Shown: positions 27,489 to 37,177 of the stretch, piece by piece
Position numbering within the stretch: position 1 is the first letter of the stretch
Layout of the letters: every line of letters begins with the position of its first letter
Origin: Desulfurococcaceae archaeon
GTDB taxonomy: Archaea > Thermoproteota > Thermoprotei_A > Sulfolobales > Desulfurococcaceae
Length of the DNA stretch: 64,000 nucleotides
Assembly (NCBI GenBank): GCA_038888155.1
Contig: JAWAJB010000001.1
Location: forward strand, 417,954 to 481,953
Direction: 5' to 3'
Program-made: the position numbers and the translations under genes
The notes under the pieces: generated by a model
The model's input: only the letters and a program-made list of their open reading frames with translations
Database searches by the model: none
What the model was told of the DNA's origin: nothing

Positions 27489-28586
27489 CTACCTTGTGAC
27501 TTTGGCTTTGGATAGCTCTTCAAGCAAGCTAACAGCTTCACTTGAGGAGAACAGCCTCTTCTGCACCTCGCCTAGAAACTTAACGAGGGACTCAGCCGTT
27601 GCGTTTTTTAAGTCTAGGGGGTGTATTTTCCCTTGAGCGTACAGCTCCTCAAGCTCGCGTGCGCTAGAAATGTCTATGGGCCCGCCGTGAGCGCTGGGCC
27701 TCTCTACGTGCAGCTTAAACCCCGGTTGCTGAAAGAGAATGTGCCTGTTTATCTCTATTATTGGATTGAACTCAACTATCCGTGGGGGGCAGTAGGCTTC
27801 AAGTACCTTGGACTTTATTTCACTGGGTTGATCGTGTATAAAAATAGCTGTCTCTGGCTTGCTCTTGCTCATCTTAGCTTCAGCGACAAGCTCGTCGACT
27901 TCTACGTCCTGGCCTGCGGGGGGCTTCTTTTTAGCCGGCCCGTGGAGGCTCGATATGATTGGTGTATGTATAGCTACAGGCTTAGCGAAACCAAGCCTTT
28001 CGGCCAGGTCCCTCGCCAACATATGGGCCTTCCTTTGATCCAACCCTCCTAGGGCTATGTCCAGCTTTAAGTAGAATATATCTGTTACCTGCATTAGCGG
28101 GTATACCAACTTGGAGAAGTCTGTCTCAGCTTCATCGCTCGTCCTGCCCATAATTGTGAGGGCCCTTCTAACTCGTGCTAGGCTAGTCTTTTTAGCTATT
28201 TTAACTAGGGTTCCCCAGTAGTCCTTATCGCTCACTAGCTCTTCGGCATCAACGAAGTGCACTCTGCTGGGCTCTACGCCTATGGCCTGGAGCACTTCCC
28301 TCGTGTACCTAGCAGCTTTCCTTATTAAATCGATGTCCCCGCCTAGCTTGTCGTTTATAAGCGCGTGCCACGTGGCCTCTAGTATGTAGAAATCCACTCC
28401 TATGTCGACTAGGTCCCTTACTTTAAACATCCACACAAGCCACCCAAGGTGAACAAGCCCGCTGGGCTCGAAGCCTATGTACCCCCTTGGGCGCTCGACC
28501 TCTGAAATGATCTTTGCGAGGTCCTCTCGCGTAATTACTTCTGCTGCGTTCCTAATAGCTATATTTAATTTAGTTTCAACGTCCAT
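27489..28586 (-). CDS. tyrS: tyrosine--tRNA ligase
   Basis: YIGFEPSGLVHLG, YPLMQVTD, GGLDQRKAH, KMSKS. Confidence 0.97.
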   Translation of the reverse strand: MDVETKLNIAIRNAAEVITREDLAKIISEVERPRGYIGFEPSGLVHLGWLVWMFKVRDLVDIGVDFYILEATWHALINDKLGGDIDLIRKAARYTREVLQAIGVEPSRVHFVDAEELVSDKDYWGTLVKIAKKTSLARVRRALTIMGRTSDEAETDFSKLVYPLMQVTDIFYLKLDIALGGLDQRKAHMLARDLAERLGFAKPVAIHTPIISSLHGPAKKKPPAGQDVEVDELVAEAKMSKSKPETAIFIHDQPSEIKSKVLEAYCPPRIVEFNPIIEINRHILFQQPGFKLHVERPSAHGGPIDISSARELEELYAQGKIHPLDLKNATAESLVKFLGEVQKRLFSSSEAVSLLEELSKAKVTR

Positions 28587-28637
28587 ACAACTTTAGACCT
28601 CAAGGCATTTAACTTTAATAATCTCTATATTATTTTC

Positions 28638-29324
28638 TTAGGGATACTTAAATTCTTCTCCCGGCTTGAGCAAAACGACGTTTGCGCTAGTCTCCCTCTC
28701 TACGAGCTGTTTGAACTTATTTGGATCTGTTTGAATGATTGGAAACGTGTTGTAGTGCATGGGTATTACAACCTTTGGCTTAACTAGCTTGACGGCTTTA
28801 ACTGCCTCTTTAATCCCCATTGTGTAGTGGCCGCCGATCGGCAGAAGCGCGAGGTCTGGCTCGTATAGCTCGTGTATGAGCGCCATCTCTGAGAACAGCC
28901 CTGTATCCCCGGCGTGGTAAACCCTCAAATCGGCGCCGCTTATTACTACTCCAACTGGGGAGCCTCGCGTTGAGCTGTGAGTTGCTGGCGTCAAAACTAT
29001 TTCTAGGTCTGGGATTTTGAGCGGCCCCCCAATGTTGCCTCCAACGCTCTTAACGCCCTGTCCCTCAAGAAAGGCAGCCAGCTCGTACACTCCAATTACG
29101 GGCGCTCCAGTCAGCTTGGCCAAATCCGCTGCGTTGCCCAAGTGATCTCTATGATCATGAGTTACAACTATATAATCTATTTTTCTGCCCTCAAAGTCCT
29201 TTACCCTCAGCGGGCTTAGGGGGCTCTCAGCCCAGGGATCCACGAGAACGGTCTTCTGTGATTTATCGGCTCCAACTAGGGAAATCTCGAAGAAGCTATG
29301 CCCGTAGTACTTCACAACGCCCAC
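28638..29324 (-). CDS. metallo-beta-lactamase fold hydrolase (UPF0173-like)
   Basis: GHS, THDHRDH, YHAGDT, PIGG, PMHY. Confidence 0.9.
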   Translation of the reverse strand: MGVVKYYGHSFFEISLVGADKSQKTVLVDPWAESPLSPLRVKDFEGRKIDYIVVTHDHRDHLGNAADLAKLTGAPVIGVYELAAFLEGQGVKSVGGNIGGPLKIPDLEIVLTPATHSSTRGSPVGVVISGADLRVYHAGDTGLFSEMALIHELYEPDLALLPIGGHYTMGIKEAVKAVKLVKPKVVIPMHYNTFPIIQTDPNKFKQLVERETSANVVLLKPGEEFKYP

Positions 29325-29396
29325 GATCTCACCCCAAAGTCACTATTAAATAAGCCCCAACGTTGATTTAAATATTAAATCTGGGGAAGCCGAGGT

Positions 29397-30299
29397 TTGG
29401 CTATGTTAGACGAGGCCTCGCTTAAGAGCCTAATTACCGCCGGGAAGATAGCTAGAGAGGCTCGCGAATACTCCCAGAGGCTGGTTAAGCCCGGGGTGAA
29501 GTTGCTTGATCTAGCTGTTAACATTGAGAACTACATTAAAGAGCGGGGAGGGGGGCTCGCATTCCCGGTGAACATCGGAGTTAATAGCGTAGCAGCTCAC
29601 TACACGCCGGTGTTCAACGATGATCTAACGATACCCGACGGCTCCGTTGTTAAAATAGATATTGGGGTTCACGTAGATGGGTACATCGCAGATACCGCAA
29701 TTACGGTATCCCTCAGCCCGGCTCACAACAGGCTGGTAGAGGCGACCAGTTCCGCGCTAGAGCGGGCCCTTAGGGCAATATCCCCAGGCATAAGGGCACT
29801 TGAAATTGGTCGAGTAATAGAGGAATCGATAAAATTGGCGGGGTTTAAGCCAATACAAAACCTCGGGGGCCACGGCATTGAGAGGTACAGCATTCACAGT
29901 GGGGTTGTAATCCCGAACTACCGCGACTTTTTGTGTAGACATCGATTGGTGCCTGGAGTCTACGCTATAGAGCCGTTTGCCACCAATGGAGTTGGCTTGG
30001 TTAAAGAGGCGGGGGCTGTGACCATATACGCCCTCAAATCGCTCGACAGAGATGCGTCGCCTCTAGCTAAAACAGTGTACAACTTAATAAATCAAGAGAG
30101 GCGGGGGCTGCCGTTTGCGCCGAGATGGTATATTAATAGAGTCTTGGACCCGGCGTCTTTTAATGCGGCTCTGGCCCACCTAGATAGGGCAGGATGTCTA
30201 AAAGAGTACCCCGTGCTAGTGGAGAGGGGTGGGGGCGCTGTTGCTCAATTTGAGCACACTGTAGTCGTAACTGAAAGAGAGGTCATTGTGACTACTTAA
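29397..30299 (+). CDS. map: type II methionine aminopeptidase
   Basis: AAHYTP, KIDIGVHVDGYIADTA, GH, IEPF, QFEHT. Confidence 0.96.
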   Translation: MAMLDEASLKSLITAGKIAREAREYSQRLVKPGVKLLDLAVNIENYIKERGGGLAFPVNIGVNSVAAHYTPVFNDDLTIPDGSVVKIDIGVHVDGYIADTAITVSLSPAHNRLVEATSSALERALRAISPGIRALEIGRVIEESIKLAGFKPIQNLGGHGIERYSIHSGVVIPNYRDFLCRHRLVPGVYAIEPFATNGVGLVKEAGAVTIYALKSLDRDASPLAKTVYNLINQERRGLPFAPRWYINRVLDPASFNAALAHLDRAGCLKEYPVLVERGGGAVAQFEHTVVVTEREVIVTT

Positions 30300-30357
30300 T
30301 TTTAAGTTAAATGAAAATGGGCGCGGGGGCGCGGACCGCGCAAATCTAAAAATATAC

Positions 30358-30612
30358 CTACTTAGCTCGCTCCTCTACAACAATCATGGTAACAGTAGTC
30401 CTAATGTCTGGGAGCCGCCTAATCTTGTTGGTAACTATCTCCCTAATTTTCTCGAGGGAGTCAGTTTCAATCTTTGTAACTATATCATAAGTGCCGTAAA
30501 CAGCATACGCTTCCTTGATCTCGGGAATCTTCATCAACTCATCCATAACCTTGCTTTCAGCGCCGATTTCCGTTTGAATTAATACTAGGGCAGACTTCTT
30601 GGCGTCGGGCAT
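30358..30612 (-). CDS. stand-alone Lrp/AsnC ligand-binding (RAM) domain protein
   Basis: VYGTYDIV..IRRLPDIRTTVT; no HTH. Confidence 0.88.
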   Translation of the reverse strand: MPDAKKSALVLIQTEIGAESKVMDELMKIPEIKEAYAVYGTYDIVTKIETDSLEKIREIVTNKIRRLPDIRTTVTMIVVEERAK

Positions 30613-30682
30613 TTACACCTCCAACCTAATAATATTCTATAAGAGACATTATAAGGTTTTTTCAATTTAGGGGTGCCTACCT

Positions 30683-31219
30683 GTGGATGTAAGGATATTT
30701 GTATTGCCGCTCCGCGAAGACGACCCCAAGAAAAACACCGCATTGAAAATGGTTAGGTTGGGGCTAGCTGATTTAATTAACAAGAGGCGCGAGAGGGGCT
30801 TCCTCACTCTCAACCCATACAGCGCTCAATATGTTGGCCCATGGGTTAAGGAGCGCGTTTCCTCAAGTGGAATACTGGTTGTTGACGCCAGTTGGAGCAG
30901 GCTATCCCCTAGAAAGTTTAGGGGCATTGGGGGCCTCCACGCAAAGCTCCCCCCGCTCATAGCCGGAAACCCGGTCAATTATGGGAAGCCCTGCGTTTTA
31001 TCTAGCGTAGAGGCGGTGGCCGCGGCGCTTTACATAACTGGCTTCCTCAGTGCCTACTATAAATTGGTGGGCTTATATAAATGGATGTCCACTTTTCACG
31101 CACTGAATGAAGAGCTGCTGGCAAGCTACTCATCAGCTACTACAAATGAGGAGCTCGTTAAAATGATAGCTGAGTATTGGGGGATTGGGGACATATGCGA
31201 GCACCCCGCCGTTGAGTGA
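30683..31219 (+). CDS. tsr3: 16S rRNA aminocarboxypropyltransferase Tsr3 (DUF367)
   Basis: DDPKK, LNP, VDASW, LPPLIAGNPVNYGKP..LSSVEAVAAAL, YKW..F..LN. Confidence 0.92.
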   Translation: MDVRIFVLPLREDDPKKNTALKMVRLGLADLINKRRERGFLTLNPYSAQYVGPWVKERVSSSGILVVDASWSRLSPRKFRGIGGLHAKLPPLIAGNPVNYGKPCVLSSVEAVAAALYITGFLSAYYKLVGLYKWMSTFHALNEELLASYSSATTNEELVKMIAEYWGIGDICEHPAVE

Positions 31220-31225
31220 GTCGGT

Positions 31226-31542
31226 GGGGCCGAGATATAACCCATGTTCTGTCCTACCCACATTCGTCTAAGCGGCCCATATTAGTCGCGCGGCCCTCAT
31301 CCCAAGTGCGGGCCTTGCACTGCGCGGGGCGGCCGTTTCAACGCCTCCACCACGGTCCTCAGTTATTGGGCACCCTGTTGCCAGGGCTTGGACAACCTCA
31401 TAGCCCTCCCGTGATGGCCGTCTCGTTTCTGTGCCGTTGCCACGGGGGCTACCCGTGCCCCTTGCGGGGCCGCGCTTGCCGCGAGTGCATGGAGTTTCCT
31501 CACCTAAAGCGAAGGGCTTAGGCGTGGTGGGATCTCGGCCCC
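31226..31542 (-). ncRNA. rnpB: RNase P RNA
   Basis: Minus strand: P1 GGGGCCGAGAT/ATCTCGGCCCC, GAGGAAACTCCATG, ACAGAAAC, TTGAAAC, GTGCAAG, ACAGAACATGGGTTAT (P4 pairs). Confidence 0.95.
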
Positions 31543-31677
31543 TAATTTTATTTACTGTTAGAGGATTATTAAGGTAGGCTTACTGATTTTTACTGACTAG
31601 GGGGCTATAAGGCTGATGGACTTGCGTAAGAGGGGTGGAACTCCCCGGTTTTAGCTCTCAAGTCTCTGTATTGCTGT

Positions 31678-31946
31678 CCCCCTCCTTTGCTTCAAGTGGA
31701 GCTTTAGGGCCTAGAGGCTTTTTTTATTTTCAGTAATTTGAGGGTGCTTAAAATTATTTATTTTAAAATTATTTTTCCATAGTTACATTATACAAACCGT
31801 ATTTAGAGAATATATTAACACTAGAAAAGAGCTTTACATAAAGTTTTCCAGTTGAGGCTGAGGGGTGCCTGCCGAGCTCAATGTTCCACTTGAACCTGAG
31901 GGGTAAAACACCGGGTTTCTAATAACAATCTCAGTGGAGTTTGGGG
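31678..31946. other. putative chromosomal replication origin (ORB-like boxes plus AT-rich tract)
   Basis: Minus-strand CTCCACTTGAAGCAAAGGAGGGGG (31678-31701); plus-strand TTCCAGTTGAGGCTGAGGGGT (31846-31866) and GTTCCACTTGAACCTGAGGGGT (31883-31904); weaker box at 31929-31946; AT-rich tract at about 31720-31845. Confidence 0.65.
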
Positions 31947-32062
31947 AAGAATACAGTGCTTGCAGTTGTAATCAACCCCCCAAACAAGTAGTTCTCGAAC
32001 ATGATATTTAAATATATGTCTTTATAATTTTAAACGCCCTTCTCAGGGTATTGGTGAACTTA

Positions 32063-32335
32063 ATGAGCGCCGTTCAAACGGAGAGAGTAGTGGTTGTATC
32101 AAAGAAACCAATAAGGGAGTACTTAATTGAAATTGCCCTAATGTTCCAAGAGGGTGCAAACACCCTTGTGCTAAAGGGGCACGGTAAATTCATTAGCAAA
32201 GCAGTCGACCTCTACAACGCTGCGCTATCCAAGATGGGGGAAAGCATTGAGTTGGTCGATATATCAATTGGTAGTGACTCAATGACTGGCAGGTTCAAAC
32301 CCTATATAGCTATTAGAATTAAGAGGAAGTACTAA
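32063..32335 (+). CDS. chromatin protein Alba paralog (Alba2-like)
   Basis: VVSKKPIREY, LKGHGKFISKAVD, ISIGS; start chosen at the ATG after a GGTGA RBS. Confidence 0.88.
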   Translation: MSAVQTERVVVVSKKPIREYLIEIALMFQEGANTLVLKGHGKFISKAVDLYNAALSKMGESIELVDISIGSDSMTGRFKPYIAIRIKRKY

Positions 32336-35300
32336 CAGCCTCTCCTTATCAATCAGCCCACAGTCGGCGAGGTTTGTAATTACGTCCCAGATAGCGCTAA
32401 AACTTGAGGCGCTGCCTGCAGCAATCTTATCAATAGTAGCCTCCATTCTCCTCGTAACTTCTATTGACACTAAACTTGGATAGCTTTTAGCCAAGTAATT
32501 ATACACCTCAATTCCCCTCTTAGTGGGGATGAGCTTGTTCCTCTCCTTTGAAGGTATTATGTAGCCGTGGCTTCGCAAGCTCTTCAGTATTTTTGTGTAA
32601 GTGCTCGGCCTCCCTATTCCAAGCTCCTTCATTAGCAAGATAACGTCGCCGTCATTATACAGGGGGACTTTGCTGGAGTCAACTACCTCAACGGCGGAGA
32701 CGTTGAGGTCGACTTTTTTAACTCCGCGCAGAAGGGGGAAAGTCTTTGTTGGGAGAACCAAATTAAACCCATTTTCAACGATATCAACAATGATGTCAAC
32801 CTCTCCCAGTTGCGTCCCGCTACAGTAAACCCCAAATCGCGACTTAATTACCTTATAGGGCTTCATTTGGCTCGAAATAAACCTCCTAAAGATGATGTCG
32901 TAGAGCTTAAAGTGCGCCCCAGTTAGCGGGAGGATTACTGGGACGAGCCCCTCCTCAATAGCTTGAAACAGCCCCTCCGAGTCTAGCGGGTACACCGGTC
33001 GGATTGCTTCATGTGCCCCTGGGGGTCCCCAGGCGCCAGGCTTAAAGTACTCGGCAAGTTGTCTTGATGTGAGGTAATCGCGCGCCACTGATATCCCAGC
33101 TGGGCTTACGTGCGTGCAGTCCGTTCTATGGTATGTTATTAAGCCGGACTCAAAGAGCTCCTGGGCAAGCTTCATGGCGAGCTCTGCTGGTATGCCCCTC
33201 TTAGAGGCATCCGATAGTAGCTCATCAGTTGTATATGGAGGTCGAGGCGAGACCTCAACAACTTCTTCGGAGAGTTTAACTAGCTCAACGACTTTAACTC
33301 CCTTAATCAACTCCAAGAGATCTTTATTGCCTTTATCTAATAGAATGCTGACTCTAATTTCTAGTGGGCTGCTCGTTGTTATAACGACGCGCTTACATCT
33401 ATTCGCTAAGTAGAGATCGTACCTATCTATAATTAGCCCAAGCACTGGGGTTTGAACTCTACCAGCGCCGAGGAACTTAAGCCCATATGTCGATTGAAGC
33501 CTTTCGCTTAGAGCGAAGCCTAAGAGTCGATCCAACACTCTCCTATAGATTTCAGCCTCAACAAGGGCCCTGTTTATTGGTTGCTTGCTCTTAAGCGCCC
33601 TTAGAAGCTCGTTAAGGGATATTTCATGTAGTTTAATCCGCCAAACGCTCTGGTTAAATGGCTGTATGGATATGTAGACATCGTAGGCAATTTTCTCTCC
33701 CTCAATGTCTGGGTCTGTTGCGATATACACTTCGTCGACCTCGGACGCAAGCTTTCTAAGTACGTTGACAGTGTACCGCGTGTCTGAGTAGGCATTACTT
33801 CCACAGCGAGGGCAACTCTCATAATCTACGAACTGGTGGCCGCAGAGCTTACACCTCTTAATGGATGTGTAGAGGGGAAACAGGGTCCCTCCACTTGCTA
33901 GCACTCCATATAGACCTTCAGAGTTGATTGATAGGTCAAATAGGTGCCCGCGAGTAGCCACGACATTAAATTCTACGATTTCGCTCTCTATTTTAGCAGG
34001 AATTGTGTAAACAACGACCTCCCCCACTCGGGCGGACGAGGGCTTTCCAAAAAACCTCGCAATAGTTTTAGCTTTCGTTGGGGACTCAACAACTAAGAGA
34101 ATTGAGCGGTACTCTAGCACTTCGCCCCCGCCACCACCTCTGCTTTTCAGTAGGTTCTCAGACTCGTGTTTGAGGGATATCGTATCAATTGGCGCCAACG
34201 AGGTATCTCTGCTAAGGGCTTTAAGCTTGTGATCAAGCCCGCTAACGAGGTTTGATAAGCTGCTCAACTCAACCACCACCGAGAGACCGCGCGTCATCTT
34301 ATTCCCTATAAGCCTACTTGTCCGCCCAGTGGCCTGTATATACGTCATTGCGTCAGGTATTAGCGCTAAATACTTTGCTCCAGAGCTTACAAGAGTAATT
34401 GATCCTACATTCAAGACCCTCCCCCCAACCAAAATCTCCTTAAGGGCCTTGAGGACATCGCTGTAGACCGCCTTGACCTCTCTGTATAGGCTAGCAATTC
34501 TAGGCATTGACTCAACTACGCTCTCTGGGGCCCGCCCTATGAGGCATAGCTTAATGAGGTTCTTCTCTGAGGGGGATAGCGATAAGGCCCTCTTCCTTAT
34601 CTCTGCGGCGGTCTTCTTGAAATTGGCGTTACCGCTAATAGAGGATAGCTCGGACAAAACCCTAGTTAACATGCTCAGCCGGGCTATGAAAACCTCGAGG
34701 GGGACCGAGAACAGGGGGGTTCCAAGGAAAATAGCGTACTTTATGTGTTGGGGGGAATCCAACCCCCTAACGCTGATGCCATAGTAAGTAGAGTAGCCAA
34801 CTATAACGTCGATCCTGCCTTCCATAAACTCTGAAACTGTTTTCGGCTTTGCGTAGGCGACCTTCAAGTTCATTGCCTTAAGCTTGGGCAAAACGTTTTC
34901 AACTGCGCGCTGGTAGAGCTCTTTGTGTGGGTGGTGAGGTGAAATGTATATAACACACCCGCTTCCGAGGGTCTTAATGATAGACAAAACGCGCCGCGAA
35001 ATTTCAGGGGCGCCTTGGTCCACTAAAACGTAGCTATCAACAACGTTCCTCCCGTACACGCTAATGCCGGATACATCAACTCTTATTAAATCCCTCAGGA
35101 CTCTGCCCGCAAGGCCGCGGGCCCTGCCTGTTGCTGAAGCTATTACTACTTGACTCGACCTAGTGGAAGAGATCTCGGCCTCGAGCTGTCGGTCCAACTC
35201 AATGTACTCTTTTACTAAGTTTTCGCTGTTCTTACCTATTGTCTTCCCAACTAGAATTCTCCACAGCAAATTAGCTTTACGCTTTGATAGCTCAACTGCG

Positions 35301-35989
35301 CGCTCGCTATAGCCTAAGAGCCTAATCAAGTTTAAGACTCCCTTCTCGCTCCTCAACAAGCTGTCAACGTCGTCGACAATTACAACGTCGGGCTTGCAAC
35401 AGGCTAGAAGAGAGCCGCTCCTCGCCAAGAAGCTGTTAGTAATTATTAGCAGTTTAAAGTTGCACTTCTGAATTTCCTCTAAGATAGATAGCTTCTTTTT
35501 CTTGCTGTAGGAGGAGTTGTAGCTTAAAGCCAAGTCAGGGCTAGAGCCAATATTTTTGAGATACCCTACAACTTTTTCTCGAACTTGGTTCAACAAAGCC
35601 TTAGTTGGCGTAATGTAAACAACCCTCTTGCCTTTAATAGCAGAGTATATTGCGTAGCTAACTAGCAGGGTGCTTTTGCCCAGCCCAGTTGGGGCGATTA
35701 AGACGGCGTTCTCTCCCCGTAGCAGTTTCCTTAACCAGAACTTCTGGCCTCCCCAAGGCTGCAAGCCAGTTGTGCGCCTAAAGAAATCAGAGAACTCCCC
35801 CTCAGTCTCGGCGAGAAACCCCCTTAAAACCATCAGGGGGGACTCGTCGCTAGTCGAGCACTTGCTACAGACCCCGCCAGCCTCTATTTCAGCGCCGCTG
35901 ACATCCCCCCCACACGATGGACAAGAGCCCCTATACACTGGTATAACAGCGTTCACGCGATTTCCCGCTTGATCAATGTAGCAAGCCAA
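32279..35989 (-). CDS. rgy: reverse gyrase
   Basis: N-terminal CPSC..CSKC Zn finger, APTGLGKS, DDVD, QATGRTSR, VESPTKA, ATDPDIEGE, GRVQTP, ITYHRTD (catalytic Tyr), GIGRPSTY. Confidence 0.97.
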   Translation of the reverse strand: MACYIDQAGNRVNAVIPVYRGSCPSCGGDVSGAEIEAGGVCSKCSTSDESPLMVLRGFLAETEGEFSDFFRRTTGLQPWGGQKFWLRKLLRGENAVLIAPTGLGKSTLLVSYAIYSAIKGKRVVYITPTKALLNQVREKVVGYLKNIGSSPDLALSYNSSYSKKKKLSILEEIQKCNFKLLIITNSFLARSGSLLACCKPDVVIVDDVDSLLRSEKGVLNLIRLLGYSERAVELSKRKANLLWRILVGKTIGKNSENLVKEYIELDRQLEAEISSTRSSQVVIASATGRARGLAGRVLRDLIRVDVSGISVYGRNVVDSYVLVDQGAPEISRRVLSIIKTLGSGCVIYISPHHPHKELYQRAVENVLPKLKAMNLKVAYAKPKTVSEFMEGRIDVIVGYSTYYGISVRGLDSPQHIKYAIFLGTPLFSVPLEVFIARLSMLTRVLSELSSISGNANFKKTAAEIRKRALSLSPSEKNLIKLCLIGRAPESVVESMPRIASLYREVKAVYSDVLKALKEILVGGRVLNVGSITLVSSGAKYLALIPDAMTYIQATGRTSRLIGNKMTRGLSVVVELSSLSNLVSGLDHKLKALSRDTSLAPIDTISLKHESENLLKSRGGGGGEVLEYRSILLVVESPTKAKTIARFFGKPSSARVGEVVVYTIPAKIESEIVEFNVVATRGHLFDLSINSEGLYGVLASGGTLFPLYTSIKRCKLCGHQFVDYESCPRCGSNAYSDTRYTVNVLRKLASEVDEVYIATDPDIEGEKIAYDVYISIQPFNQSVWRIKLHEISLNELLRALKSKQPINRALVEAEIYRRVLDRLLGFALSERLQSTYGLKFLGAGRVQTPVLGLIIDRYDLYLANRCKRVVITTSSPLEIRVSILLDKGNKDLLELIKGVKVVELVKLSEEVVEVSPRPPYTTDELLSDASKRGIPAELAMKLAQELFESGLITYHRTDCTHVSPAGISVARDYLTSRQLAEYFKPGAWGPPGAHEAIRPVYPLDSEGLFQAIEEGLVPVILPLTGAHFKLYDIIFRRFISSQMKPYKVIKSRFGVYCSGTQLGEVDIIVDIVENGFNLVLPTKTFPLLRGVKKVDLNVSAVEVVDSSKVPLYNDGDVILLMKELGIGRPSTYTKILKSLRSHGYIIPSKERNKLIPTKRGIEVYNYLAKSYPSLVSIEVTRRMEATIDKIAAGSASSFSAIWDVITNLADCGLIDKERLLVLPLNSNSYIGFEPASH

Positions 35990-36104
35990 TTGGTTTTAAA
36001 AGGCGCGGGTACGTAATACGCGCCGAGGAGAAAAGTTTTTAAGCGTAGATTTATTCAGTGAATACGTAGGAGTATAAACATATACAGCAAGAGAGGTGGA
36101 ATAA

Positions 36105-36395
36105 ATGTCACAACCACAAAGCGCAAACACAGTGTTAGTTGGCAAAAAGCCCGTAATGAACTACGTAATAGCAGTATTAACACTAGTGCACCAAGGAGTT
36201 AAGGACGTATACATAAAAGCTCGCGGAAGGGCTATCAGCAAAGCGGTTGACACCGTGGAGATAATAAAGAACCGCTTCCTACCAGGTAAAGTAGATGTTG
36301 ACGACATTAAGATAGGCAGCCAGTCGCTGACAAACCCACAAGGCCGCGAGGCAAGAGTCAGCATTATTGAAATAAAGCTAAAGGTTAAAGAGTAA
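36105..36395 (+). CDS. albA: chromatin protein Alba
   Basis: [31 protein letters not shown]; GAGGTGG RBS. Confidence 0.97.
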   Translation: MSQPQSANTVLVGKKPVMNYVIAVLTLVHQGVKDVYIKARGRAISKAVDTVEIIKNRFLPGKVDVDDIKIGSQSLTNPQGREARVSIIEIKLKVKE

Positions 36396-36478
36396 CGTAG
36401 TAGAGTAGAGCAGTAAATATCAAAATAATATTGAACAGTTTTTATTATCACGTCATTACAGCACGCCTGTAGGTCCCC

Positions 36479-37177
36479 ATGCCGAGAATATCCCCAGGAA
36501 CGCTTATAATAGATCTAGAGTTAGTGCAGCCCGAGGAAATCCGCTCTCTAATTAACTTTCTAATTGAGGGGGGCGTAAATACTGTTGGGCTCACTTCCGA
36601 GCCCGCGATTGTAGAGGTCCTTGTAGACAACTTGCAGGTGAGCTTAGCTGTTAGCGCCCCCGCACTGCTCATAAGGCCGCCAGCTGCAGTGGGGCCTTTC
36701 GGTGAAAGGTTCTACGAGATAGTAAAGGACGTCTGGATTAACTGTGTTTGGGTCAACCCTAAAACTGTTCTCAAGGGGATAGAAGCTGTTCTCCAAGGGA
36801 AAAACACCAAGATAAACACCCTACACGTTAGCTTCCTTGAAAAAGAAGAGACATGTAGCGGCATTGTAGTGACGGGCCACCTTTGCTTAAAGGCGCTTTA
36901 CAGGCAAAGCGCGGGCACGCTAAACTACACAACTGTGTGGAGCTCGATTAAGAACTTGTTGAGATACAACAAAGGAGTCTTGGCGGTCTGCGTAAAAGAC
37001 AGCGCGGTAACTCCGTTTATATCGCTCGAGGACAGCGACACCGAGAAGAACTTAATTATTCATATCCCCAAGAGTGAAGCCGAGCTCCGCACCGCTATGT
37101 GGGTGTTAATAGATGTCCTGATGTACTTGCACAGCGAAGCTGAGGATCTAGGGCTCGTCGAAGCTGTCGATGTCTAA
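36479..37177 (+). CDS. hypothetical protein
   Basis: 232-aa ORF filling the gap between alba and xpb; no motif recognised. Confidence 0.6.
   Translation: MPRISPGTLIIDLELVQPEEIRSLINFLIEGGVNTVGLTSEPAIVEVLVDNLQVSLAVSAPALLIRPPAAVGPFGERFYEIVKDVWINCVWVNPKTVLKGIEAVLQGKNTKINTLHVSFLEKEETCSGIVVTGHLCLKALYRQSAGTLNYTTVWSSIKNLLRYNKGVLAVCVKDSAVTPFISLEDSDTEKNLIIHIPKSEAELRTAMWVLIDVLMYLHSEAEDLGLVEAVDV

Noticed and set aside
31216-31521. 101-aa plus-strand ORF
   Set aside because: It is antisense to the RNase P RNA gene and is a GC-rich spurious frame.
31840-31950. Repeated boxes about 37-45 nt apart as a mini CRISPR array
   Set aside because: Repeats are too degenerate, spacers too short, and no cas genes are present; ORB-like boxes fit better.
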